From the NCBI GenBank assembly GCA_051294375.1, contig JBJCIZ010001108.1:1-13255 (forward strand): 13,255 nucleotides of DNA, read 5' to 3'. Both the position numbers and the translations under genes were made by a program. The notes below the pieces were generated by a model that was given only the letters and a program-made list of their open reading frames with translations, did no database searches and was not told the origin of the DNA. The first letter of the stretch is position 1. Every line of letters starts with the position of its first letter. This stretch comes from Paraspadella gotoi (lineage: Eukaryota > Animalia > Chaetognatha). This document shows positions 1 to 10,886 of the stretch, piece by piece.

Positions 1-1882
1 TCTTTGACCAAAATGTTGGTTACCTGTGCATGCATTACAACGTATATTGCACTTATTATTCCGAAAAAAACATAGAGCTTTTTTCCAGGCACTGTTTTTA
101 ATCAGATAAATCGCAAAAGATAATCAAAATATGTAAAAATCAGGCTAAAGAGCTTAAACGTTGACAAAATTTCATACACTATTCTCATTGTAATTAATCT
201 GGGTTAAATTGTTGATTAAATAAGTATATTCACAACTGCAACTTTACAATAGAGATCAGAGCTATTCTTATTTTTAAAGGTAAAGCTATTATTTTTCACA
301 TTAAGAAATTTAAGGGCACTAACAATCAACAAAATATCTCTAATCAGAATGAACATAACAATATTTTCTTTTGTTCGGTAGTTCTTGTATCTAGTTTTGT
401 GAGCTGAGTGCACTTTTTTGGCGTTGGTTCAAAAAGATCTCAAAACATTCTTTGGGATAAAAGCATCTTCTAGAACTTTACGTAGTAAATTTTATAAAAT
501 ATTTTAAAATTTAGTATATTAAAATGATTTTTAATTAAGTAAAAATTTGAATATTTAAATTTTTCGAAAGAGAAATGCATTTGGGTACCATAGGATTATA
601 TTATAAATAAGAACTTGAGAACATTAATTTTGCATTTTGAAAAAAATCAGATTTTTCCCATATCGATTTGTGTTCACAAGTCTGACTGTTTTTATTTTTT
701 ATTTATTTATTTTTTTAGCAAAATTATGCTTCGTGAGCCAAGGTCTGAAAAAGTTTTTTTTTTAAATTTTTTTGTTTTTCTTGTTTTTTCTTTTATGTTT
801 CCGAGTAAGTATTCACCGCCCCCGCGGATTGTGGGAGGACAGTTTCTTATTCTTAGCTCATCATTGTGCCGTATTAATTTTTATAATCATTGTTTATATT
901 AATACCTTAATGTTGTGTAAACTGTACATGGTAAGTGAGCCAAAGTTCTGTATCTTAAAGAAATGCGACATGATGAGGCAAGGTTGAGAGCTTAGACGAG
1001 CCAAAAGCTAAAGTGAGAGAGAGAATTCTGAATTGTAGTTTTAAGGATGCGAGGTGCACGTTCAGGTATCATCAAATTTTTTTTTTTTCAATAAACTATA
1101 GAAGGAGTAGTGTTTATGGATCTGAAAAGTGAAACGCGGCACTGGTTAAAGGAAGGAAAGAGAGATGAGGAAAGAGAGTCGCAAAACTGTGAATTGGACA
1201 AACAAAGTGACGCATTGTAAAAGGCTTATCCCTGACCTCTGATTTTCAATCCAAGATCATAGACCTACTGATATGAACTATTACTCAGTGGTTTGATTTT
1301 TATTCAAATTACAATATGGATGTATTGCAGGACTACCCAAGGATTCCACCTATTACTAAACCATGTAAAACCATAGGTATTCACAAATAAGGAAGTTATG
1401 TATCATTTGAAAAAATGACCATCAAAATATAGCACTGAATTAAATATGGATAAAAAACTTTTGATTGTAAACAATATTTCTACAGAAGTTTACAAAAACC
1501 CTCTTGCATACAATGTTCTAGCAAAATTTTTAGAAAAAAAATTGTGTTTTTCCTTTCTGTTCGTTGTTGATTTGATTTAGAACAAAGTTTGAAGAGAGGA
1601 TTTAACAGACGATTTTTTATAGTCGATAGTAGAAACGGATATGTTTTAAATTGCGCTGAAAGAAGACTCGTATGTGAGTCGAAAATATGTCCGTATTCAC
1701 ATGAAATAAAGTATACGTTTGTTAAATCCTCTCTCAACCTCTCTCCTCACAGAGAAAAAAAAGGTTTTTTAAATATATTACGAGCAAAGCCAACATTTTT
1801 AAAAAAATAATTCTACCAATTTTTAGTGTTTAAGGATTATTTTTTCAAAAATGGCTTTTTAAATGGGCAATAGCCAAGACAT

Positions 1883-2067
1883 CCAGGCAACGTCTATAAA
1901 ATCCTGAAAAGCCATTTATCCGTATAAATGAAAGTGTATTTCCATGTACAGATTCTTTATCGACATTCTAGGTTTCGCTGATAAATAATAATGAAGATAG
2001 CTTTGGTCAATAAAAATCGACCGTATATAAGCGTAAATACAAAAAGTTTTTGATAGACGTTGCGTGG
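1883..2067. mobile_element. Putative MITE-like element bounded by 15-bp imperfect terminal inverted repeats
   Basis: ccaggcaacgtctat (1883-1897) is the reverse complement of atagacgttgcgtgg (2053-2067) with one mismatch. The interior is AT-rich with no credible ORF. No clear target-site duplication. Confidence 0.4.
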
Positions 2068-2195
2068 TCTTAATCTCGGCCAGCATCTTATAATAAAGTA
2101 TATTAAAAAAATACAAATTAAATTCAAAATTAAAAGTGATCTTACTTGGTTTCTAATTAAAACCCTAACTCCTCCTGACTAGCTGTGATTCCTTG

Positions 2196-2330
2196 AAACT
2201 TGAATTCCAGCTCATATGAATAGTTTGTTTATATCACGACAAATTTCAACTCGAATTGATTCATCCAAACCATAAGTATAAAGACTTTAAAGTACTGGAG
2301 AAAAGGCATGGACAGACAGACATATGGACA
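2196..2330 (+). mobile_element. Degenerate DINE-1/Helentron-like non-autonomous repeat fragment (copy 1)
   Basis: Motif aaacttgaattccagct (2196-2212), then aaatttcaactcg, then a (GACA)3 microsatellite at 2311-2322. The same motif-plus-spacing recurs at 6483-6623. The family assignment comes from general resemblance to insect microsatellite-carrying rolling-circle repeats, not from a search. Confidence 0.4.
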
Positions 2331-2896
2331 ACACAATTTGAAGTTTTCGGATTATCAACGACAGCTTAAACAAGGATGATTCCGACTTGCATTGTTTTTT
2401 TAAGAGATATGTTGTTTCAGCATGTTAAAAAGAATTAAAACCAATCTTCTTTTTAGTTTTTGAATTCTGTCAGCATATATTGTATTTTAACTGTATTCTT
2501 GAGACTTTACAGAGATTTTTGCATTATTTTCTACATAAACATTCAGGGACGTAACTGCCCTCGGATGAGAAACAATAAAAATGAAAAATTCATACGATAG
2601 ATTTTTTGTTACAACTGCATTAGTTTATTTCACAGGACTGACCCCCATCGCCGTCCGAATCATAAACATTTTTGTCGGTTTATCGATCCTCATCATCTTA
2701 TGTTGGTTCCATATGTAGCATACTGAATTATAAGAAAAATATGCAAAAAAATAGAAGTACCTCCATCGTTCCATACGTTTATCTCCGGTCTATCTTTAGC
2801 TGACCGGTCATTACTCATGAGTTTGAATTAATTGATCTGAAATTTGCGCATGTAGCAAGAAAAGTTGTTTGTTGAGCTGAAATAATTTGGATAAAT

Positions 2897-2991
2897 TCTC
2901 TCTCTCTCTCCTCTCTAATTTCTTTCTCCCTCTTTCTCTCCTGTTTTTTATTTATTTTTTCTTACTTCTCCTTACCTTCCCTGCTCCTTTT
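2897..2991. repeat. (TC)n microsatellite running into a polypyrimidine low-complexity tract
   Basis: (tc)7 at 2897-2910, followed by C/T-rich sequence to ~2991. Confidence 0.8.
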
Positions 2992-3399
2992 GTATTTCAA
3001 CATAGACATTCATATGACTTTTTTCATAGGTTTTAATATACCTAAAAATTATGTAAGTTTGGATAGTAATTTATTTAGTATTGGATTTGTATATCTTAGT
3101 ATAATTTTAAAAGATTAATGATAAAAAAGTTTTAGTTTTGAAACCTTACTTATCCATTAAGACGAATCCCGTGATGATGATGTGGTAAACAGACAGAGAT
3201 ATATCAAAGTATCAATAAATGTCTTTATGTACACTGGCATTGAAACATGACAAATACTGACATGACCAATTGAAAAACAAAAAACAAAAACAAAGAAACA
3301 GTTTTAAATTAAATACTTGACACATCATTTCTCTTGCGGATAAAATACAATGAATAAACTGAAAACAAGTTGTCATTTTTCCCTGAGTAATGCTTTTTG

Positions 3400-4045
3400 C
3401 TGACTCGAGTTCCGCACACGAATGGATCGACAGAAGCGGCAAAATGAGAAGGAGAAAACCTCGCGAACACGCATTGCTGAAACTTCGCTTGGCCTCTGGT
3501 AAAATTTAATTTAACAGGATTTTAAATCGCCAAGGAAATTCTGAATTTTTAAAGAGTTGTTAAGTTTTACTGAGAATTTTGTTGAGGATCCTGTGCCTTC
3601 CTCGTCCTATCACACATTAGTTCAGCGTACTCATGATGAACTCAATAAGCAGTTTTTGTTTATGACGTTCGAAGAGAGCGCTCTTGAATTTCGATTCTCG
3701 TTCAAGCGCCGCGACACAGACTTCACGCACATATTGGGATAACTAATGCGGGCTGTACATGAAAAAATATGGATGATGATAGCTATGCTTGACTCCCTAA
3801 CTCGATTGATACTACCCAGCTTAACTATGAGTCTAACATCCATGTGAATACGACCGGACCGAAAGCCGCTGCGATCCAGCGCCGATATCTCCACTTTTTT
3901 TCACACTGAACTTCAGCAAGAGAAACAAAGTTTCACGATCATTTCCGCCACCGCTATGACAAAGCAGTACCGCAGGGCCATGTGTCCTAGAGGGCGTGGT
4001 CGTAGTTACTCTAGGTCGATGCACCATGTCCAGCGATCGAGCATT
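3400..4045. pseudogene. GC-richer island, possibly decayed coding/TE sequence; product unidentified
   Basis: More GC/CpG-rich than its flanks. Short overlapping ORFs on both strands, all interrupted by stops, with no recognisable motif. Confidence 0.2.
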
Positions 4046-5200
4046 TAACATTTAGATATTTAAGTGATGCATTCCCTTCGCATTAAGAGTATAAAATTTC
4101 TAGATCATCCTTACCAACAATGTTTATTCGATCTCAAATTAATTTGAAATCATGTTTAACATAGGTACAGACTGTAGAGAAACATGTGATTAAAATTGAT
4201 TACAGTATCGAATAGTTGCCAACTGAATTAAAAATTATCATTATTTAATAAATAACTTTTCTCACACTTTGGCAGACTTTTGTCAAATCAGTCCAACTTA
4301 TCCAAATTTCAAACACTTTTATATCATACAAGTTTAAATTTATCTTCCTACAGAGTACCTCGTGATCTCATAGTCAATGAAGTTGACATAAAATTATCTA
4401 CATTAAAAACCTTCTAGACGACTGGGTCAGGTTGGTACTAGAAAATAAGCAATCCTGCAAACTAATACTTATTAAGTTATATAAAGTTCCATTTTCAGCA
4501 GTTACTGCACTTAGACTCTATTTCAAATTTTAAGGTGTAATTAATAGTGCTCCTCAAGAACCGGTACATATTTCTATTTGTTCCCATGTACAGTAATTTA
4601 ACACTGATCATGAATATATATTATATAAAAAAACCAGTCTCAAATGTTGACTGATAAAAACATTTTAGAATTTTTAATAAAAACGTGTATGATTATGATA
4701 TAATAATTATTTGTGATACATTTTGGTCAACTACATTTACTGACAAAATGATTATTTTGCAAAATGCTTTCTTGCCTCAAGATACAGTTAAGTATAGACT
4801 TACAGCCGCAATATCAATTTATACTTTTACCTGTGTCGACACAATGAAGAAGCACATGTTAAAGTGACGCTCAAAAAGCGTCTGTTCTTAGAAGGAGAGA
4901 CCAACCCATTCTCACCAGGCTTCGGCATATGCAAGGCAGTGTCAGTCATACCCCATATCTGACCATCGGATCGTGGGTAGAAAACAAAACGAGAAAGAAA
5001 TCCACAAGTGTCCAAACGGAGGACGTAATGCAAAAAATACATGCCACAATCTTAAACATTATGCTTATTTTTTTAAAATATATATCTAACCTTATGAATC
5101 TTAACGTTAACCTCTAAGAACAGTAAGAAAAAACTTAAAGCTAAACAATACAGTCAAACAGAGACAGAAGTTACGGCCCACAAAAATTTTATAACCTTAC

Positions 5201-5960
5201 GCTTTGATCTTAACAGTTCGTCCGTGTAAAATCGCCGAGTGATCCAAGATTGCCTAACTCACGCATTTCTACAGCTTCCGATTGCGCAAACAAAAACTTG
5301 TTAACGGATTTTCTAAAAATTCTCAATTCGAAACCGTTTTCACTTTACATTTTTTGTTCTCTCGGTCTCCGAAATGTTTTTCCCTCCCGACCATCCTTAG
5401 CAATAACCTTGAGTTTTCATTTCAAGCGAGATAGAAATTCTCCCCCGGAGACCTTCCGATGCAGAGAATATCGACGCAGTCTTCATTCATATGGCAGTGC
5501 TTCCGAAAAGCAAGCTTGAACTGTAATTCTTGCCTCAATTCTTCCCATCAACAGCGCACGAAAGTATTGAGACATCTCCGCCTGTCTGTCGAGTTCAGTC
5601 CGAAAAAGATAACTTATCCAACATATCAGTACAAATGACACGATAGATGATTGATTATACATAGACAAAGAATCGTTGCTTCTCTTGTTCTTCTTCATCG
5701 TATTTTCTTCCTGATTCAATGTTCTACATGCCAAAACACGCTGAACAGCATATACCTAATGCAAACCAGCCGTCGCTCAAGAGTCGACGCGTGCATGACG
5801 ACGGTTGAGCAGTGAAGCAATCTGCGTCGACGCCCCCACATATTCCTTAGAATTGGAAGTCTTCCGCGACGTGGGAATCAAGAATCAGTTTTCCGCTTCA
5901 GTATAACTCGCCAATTTGTGTGAACTGATTTAGGGCACGATCCGGCATATCCCACGTTAA
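5201..5960. pseudogene. GC-richer island, possibly decayed coding/TE sequence; product unidentified
   Basis: Compositional contrast with flanks, and every frame is broken by stops. A minus-strand GTAAGG donor-like site lies at its left edge (5200). Confidence 0.2.
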
Positions 5961-6361
5961 CTTGCATATGAAGAATATTAGTATAAACTTTTTAATAAAT
6001 TTAGTTTGAGCAAACAATGTCGCGATCCTGCCCACGATCATTACGGTAATTAAGAATTAATTAAGTTTGATCCGAAATGTTTTGTTTTAGAGAACTTTTG
6101 CTTCTGACATGACACAAGCAACCACGAACAGATGCGACAAGATGAGCGAACAATAATGCCATACAGATATGACTGTTGCCGATTCGAGTTGAATTAAATA
6201 TATGTAACTTAATTGATAAGAATTGTTGATTGAATATTAATAGGATAAATAAAATGATTGAATGAATAATTAATTTTGATGTAATTGAGTTGCAGATTAA
6301 TTAGATAATTGATTAGATGAACTGATTATTAATATTTATAATATTTTAATTAGCATTCTTG

Positions 6362-6387
6362 TATTATATTATATATTATATTATATT
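6362..6387. repeat. AT-only (TATAT/TA)n simple repeat
   Basis: tattatattatatattatattatatt read directly. Confidence 0.75.
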
Positions 6388-6482
6388 TAATATAATAAGA
6401 AAAGAAGCTTAATCGAATTTAGTAACAAACGGGTTTTTTTGTTTTTTTCATTTTAACTCATTTCCACTAAACGATACTTCAA

Positions 6483-6623
6483 AAACTTGATATTCCAGCT
6501 TTCGTCACTACATTCCCTCTACACACACATACAATTCATTCCAATCACCTCAATCCGATCCAATCACAATAATTGTTGAAGTTTTCTGCCTAAGAGGATG
6601 AGGAACGGACGAACGAACAGACA
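6483..6623 (+). mobile_element. Degenerate DINE-1/Helentron-like non-autonomous repeat fragment (copy 2)
   Basis: aaacttgatattccagct (6483-6500) matches 2196-2212 with a 1-nt insertion. A gaac/ggac/gaca microsatellite (6603-6623) lies about 100 nt downstream, as in copy 1. Confidence 0.35.
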
Positions 6624-6689
6624 TTATATATTTTGCAAAGCATTATATTATTTTATTATCGATGTTCTGACAAAGTAAAGATATAAGTG

Positions 6690-7120
6690 AATTAAGGGCG
6701 GAAGACCGACGAGCCCGACAAGGAATTCACTAGTCGACAAAAAAAGCAGATCCAAGTAAAAATTACATCCATGAAAGCCTTGAATGCCAATGATTTCACA
6801 TGCGAGTCTCCGTCGGCCGCCTTTTTGATGTAAATAACGAACGCATGATCTCATCAGCTGGGAGGATATTAGACAGTTTACCCAGACTCGCGGAGTCGTC
6901 GAAGTCGAAAGTCTGAAAAGTACGCTCCTGGTGACAAGACTGTAATAAAATCCACGAGGTGGCCGGCCGATGCAGCCGCGGCGAAAGACTCCGTATGCCA
7001 ATTTATTTGATGGCAAAAAACAAACGTAAGATGACCACGGTTTAAACCAAACGAGAACCCGGTCGATACGCTAGTCCTTCCCGACAACAGCATGGTGACT
7101 GAAATGGTACTGGACTGGAC
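6690..7120. pseudogene. GC-richer island with overlapping short minus-strand ORFs; product unidentified
   Basis: ORFs 6648-7016 and 6878-7198 (-) overlap in different frames. A minus-strand acceptor-like tacag|g lies at 7121. No recognisable domain. Confidence 0.2.
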
Positions 7121-8063
7121 CTGTACCTTACAAATATTATAAAAAAGCAATTGTATAATATTAAAACATAAAAGAGCATGAATCCAAAATAAGTACATTT
7201 GCTAATTAATTTAGTATAGATCGAAATGAAAGTGAATATATTAAGCAAAGTCTTCTATCAGTTTAATCTTTTCCTTTCTTTTCCATAATTCTTCGAACAG
7301 CGAAACAAACACCCCTTCACAAGACTAATGGTCAGAATAAGTATCCACGATCTCTTGGCGCGAAATCTCCACTCGGCGTCGAGCATAACATGGTACGGAT
7401 GACACCTAACAAACAAAACAACAATTGCCTTATTATCAAGACTTTAACATTCGTATAAGAAGTATAAATTATAGGAAAGTCAACACATATTAGGTCGGTT
7501 TCGTAGATTTTCCTAAAGAATCAGGTTATTTGGTGAAAGCTCTTCCCACTCACCATTTCCTCTCAACCAATTCAGAGGTAAGCAAAAATACCTCGTCGAA
7601 TCCCTAAAAACGACGAGCACGAAATTCGTATAAAAGGAATTTATTTGTATTTATTTTATGCGTATTTATTGGTATAAATAACATATATTAATTAAGGCTT
7701 AATTCCAAAGAGCCAGTTTTTAAGTTTTCCCCCCTCGTATTTTGCAAACTCGAAATATTTTAAAAGATTCATTCTTTGAAGAGATAATGTTTTTCAATGG
7801 ATCCACTAGTTTGAACGTTCGAATCTGAAATAAAAAATATTGCTCTAATGTATTTTTGATTCTTAACGGGCCGTTGAACAATAAAAACTGTTTTTTTTTT
7901 AGGGTTTATTGGTTTGTTGGTGCGTATTTTTTAAATCTGTAGATGTCAGATGTTATAAAAAATATTTTTAAATTAAAACTTAGGAATATAAACTAAAGGA
8001 CAATGGACCGAAGCCAGCACGATATATACTTTATCATTAAAGATGTAATCGCGATTGCCCTAA

Positions 8064-8274
8064 GGTCACCCCGCCTATAAGGCTGACAGCTTTTCAGTCG
8101 TGACCCGGTGGCTCATTGCTAAAAGCCACTCAGCTCATGAACCATGGGTTACCGGGTTCATCCCCACCAGGTACCTTACCTGCGGAAGCGTGAGGCACGC
8201 CCGTAAAGCCGCATTGGGATGCGTGGCAAACCCCAAGCCCATAACCCGTCGTCATTGGCTGCAAGGGGCGGTTT
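8064..8274 (-). ncRNA. Highly structured GC-rich RNA element (seven consecutive hairpins); possibly an isolated non-LTR retrotransposon 5' UTR or SINE body
   Basis: Stems: ggtcac 8064-69/gtgacc 8100-05; gtggct 8108-13/agccac 8124-29; atgaacc 8137-43/ggttcat 8155-61; caggta 8168-73/tacctg 8177-82; gcgtg 8188-92/cacgc 8196-8200; cgcat 8210-14/atgcg 8219-23; and a long stem 8228-8274 (aaacc/ggttt, cccc/gggg, agcc/ggct). G-U extensions lean towards the minus strand but are not unanimous. Confidence 0.55.
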
Positions 8275-8728
8275 ATTAGAGTTACGGATAGTCATCTTCA
8301 GCCACTAGCACCTTATCCACAAAATGTATATTAACTTAGTAAAAGATTGATATATTTAATTTTTTCTTTTTTTGTAGTGGGATTAAAAAAATGCAACCTT
8401 GATTTATACGTAAATAGAAGACGAAAATACGAAAAGTTCGCCTCACCCCTGTCGTAACTTTATCAAATAGTATTTATGAATAGGCTTCTTTTAATTGATT
8501 AACTATGATACAATATATCTACAAGCAATCTAGTATTTTAATTTACCTAATGGTAAAATCATTACTGCTAGTCGAATCTTTAATTACTTTTTTCAACGAT
8601 ACAAAGAGAAAAAGAAAATAATAGATGTGGTTACCAAAGTGTTGTCATTGTAGGTATAAGCTACTGCGGTCTATTAAAAGACTAAAATGAGAGAGTATTA
8701 TTGTTCGCTTGAATCAAATAGAGCAAAA

Positions 8729-8789
8729 ACGCCCCTTTGACAGCTGTGCTGTCGAAGCTTGAGGACAGCAGAACCTCCATTAAGGGCGT
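8729..8789 (+). other. Compact three-way-junction-like element; possible degenerate Penelope-type hammerhead remnant
   Basis: acgccc 8729-34/gggcgt 8784-89 enclose a 10-bp hairpin (ctttgacagc 8735-44/gctgtcgaag 8748-57, one G-U) and gagg 8761-64/cctc 8774-77. The stem is followed by GAAGCTT, but the CUGANGA core is absent. Confidence 0.3.
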
Positions 8790-9699
8790 AAACTGACAAA
8801 AGTTAATAAGATTAAAGGAAACAAGAATGGATAATGGGCACAGAAACATTTTTAATATAAATAAAGCAACATAAATACTAACAAACTAAAAGTTTGAAAA
8901 GCAGTTAAGTTCCGTAAATTAAAACATATTTTGCGCGGAATTCCACAATATCGGATTTTTTTGGCGTTTCGCTGCGCCCGGAACGTTCTGGCTGCGCTGG
9001 ACGAAGCGTTGGGAACGACTGAAAGGAACGTGATGGTCGGAGCTGCGTCGGCCGAAGGAGACGGAGCACAATTCCTTGTTTCATCTCTAATAACCATAAG
9101 TAGGCACTTGAGATCTTCGCGAAAGGGGGCGCAAGGAGGACTCTGTAGTCGAATAAAACGCATGAAATTTGACTTTTAAGTTTCATTATTATCCTATCAC
9201 CGATAGGCCCAATGTCAGTTACACAAATTAGCAGGAGACAAGTTGTTATTGTCTCCCAGATATAGTACGATCACCCACGTTCTAGCCGAAGGTCCTAAAT
9301 GTTGACGTATGTAGTTAAAGTTTATTTGTAATGCGCCAGTATCTCATGCATTGACCTACCAGAGAGCACGAACACTGACACAAAAAAAAAATCATATCTC
9401 TGTAAACAACTAAGAATAAAATCTTAAAAGCATAGGATCGTCGCAATTGCATAAGAAAAATCTGATTGACGACAATTTTGATAAAATAAAAATCAAATTT
9501 GAGAAAAGAAAAAATAATTTACAACAGAAAAAAAAAAGAAGAAAACATAATATAAGAACAGAATAGAAAGGAAGAAAAAGTCCATTCTTTATAAATACAA
9601 AGAATCAAAAAAATAAAAATTCACGGTTGCGATAAAAACGAGTTTGGATTGATGATACATGCACGTATAATGCTAATTTTACGAGTTCAATCCTATTCA

Positions 9700-10002
9700 A
9701 TTTTTTATTTAAATAAAAACGCAAGAGAGAAAGAGAGAAAAAAAAAAATCAAAAGGCAAGGCGCAGAAGCAAGCAGGAACAAGAAAAAGATGATTGAAAA
9801 AGTTAAGAGAGCTGCGACCAGCTGCAAAGAAAAAATCAAAAGGAAAGCAGCAGCGAAAGAGAGAAAGAAATAAGCCCCTGCAGAGCCAGCTGCAGACGTG
9901 TTTTTTCCTATGATTATGAATCAGTGATAGGGAAAAGAGAGAGGGAGAGAGACATGTATTAAAAGAGAAAAGAGAGAGAGAAATATGAAAATAAAGAGAG
10001 AA
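9700..10002. repeat. Purine-rich (A/G) low-complexity tract with short direct repeats
   Basis: Repeated aaagagagaaa, aaatcaaaagg and ccagctgca motifs. This composition explains the spurious K-rich and F/S/L-rich ORFs. Confidence 0.7.
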
Positions 10003-10496
10003 AATTTGTTTGTTTGGATAAAACGTAAACAAAAACATATTTTAATAACTGTCCCAGAACTCATATTTAAGCACATCGTTGTGAGAAGCTGTATATAAAT
10101 TTTCAGCTTCATACATCCAAAATTAATCATAAAAAAGGCGATCTATAATTTGGAACGCCAACGCGACGACGCCACTATGGCAAAAAGCGTTACAAATCGT
10201 CGCAAACGCTTACGATTGCGATCGAAAAAATTTTCATTGATGCACAATATAAACAGTTCAGGTTGCTTCCTCCTGCTTTTTGGACTGTAAAATTAACTTG
10301 CACCTGCCACACCTTAAACAAAAACTACTAATTTGTTGTGTTGACTAAAATTCTTGAAGGATCACTGAAAACTGTAACGTAACTGTCAAAAATTACCGCT
10401 CTCAGTTGACTCCCCTTGATAGTGAAACTTCATAAGGGTTAGGTTATGAGCCATTAGGTTGTGAGGAGGTTAGGATAACTAACGGAGAAAAACATT

Positions 10497-10733
10497 GATG
10501 TAGGTGGACTAAAATCCACCAACCGTTCATTCAGCGGCCATTTGTGCCGAGCAAGGTCATTCGTCCTCCACCAAAGTCGGGGTTCTAGCCCGATGGGTGC
10601 GTCTGGCGTTAAGAGGACGGGCGCTTAACCCTTCTGTAACTGGTTTTTACAGCCTGATCCAGAAGCTCAGGGACGCTATATTGACGGTTCTGTCACTAAT
10701 TCACATTTCAATAATTACTGTCTCTTTCATTGG
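10497..10733. repeat. Diverged direct repeat, copy A (~237 bp)
   Basis: Colinear with 10887-11128 from gatgta(t)ggtggactaaaatc to cacatttcaataattactg...tgg. Confidence 0.9.
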
Positions 10734-10886
10734 TGAGCCCGACTCCGACACACGAAAGCAACAACAACACTTTCAGCGACCATGCCGTCAACCTCGATCA
10801 CTTTCCACCCCACAACACATCAGACGAACTTTCCACCAACAACATTCACTGAAGAGACGCAACAGACTTCTCCCTACGGGAGGGGG

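Noticed and set aside
731-1005. Recurring gagccaa-like motif and a catgatga-ggc...gcc-aaaa hammerhead look-alike
   Set aside because: Matches are short and irregularly spaced, so this is not a CRISPR or tandem array. Both hammerhead core boxes are mismatched.
216-2116. Short ORFs (65-95 aa) in the first 2 kb
   Set aside because: F/L/I/K-biased translations of AT-rich low-complexity DNA, mostly with non-ATG starts and no motifs.
5660-5720. Minus-frame peptide SGRKYDEEEQEKQRFFVY, reminiscent of a Methuselah-like GPCR loop
   Set aside because: Flanked by stops, and the neighbouring transmembrane motifs are missing; likely chance.
6793-6857. Minus-strand CTGATGAG...GAAA with catgcg/cgcatg pairing
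   Set aside because: Stem II is out of register with a very long loop, and stems I/III cannot be formed.
9649-10130. Lys-rich 74-aa ORF and antisense 109-aa and 69-aa ORFs
   Set aside because: Explained by the purine-rich low-complexity tract and AT-rich composition.
10439-10474. Three TTAGG motifs (insect telomere unit)
   Set aside because: Spaced ~15 nt apart rather than in tandem; not an interstitial telomeric array.
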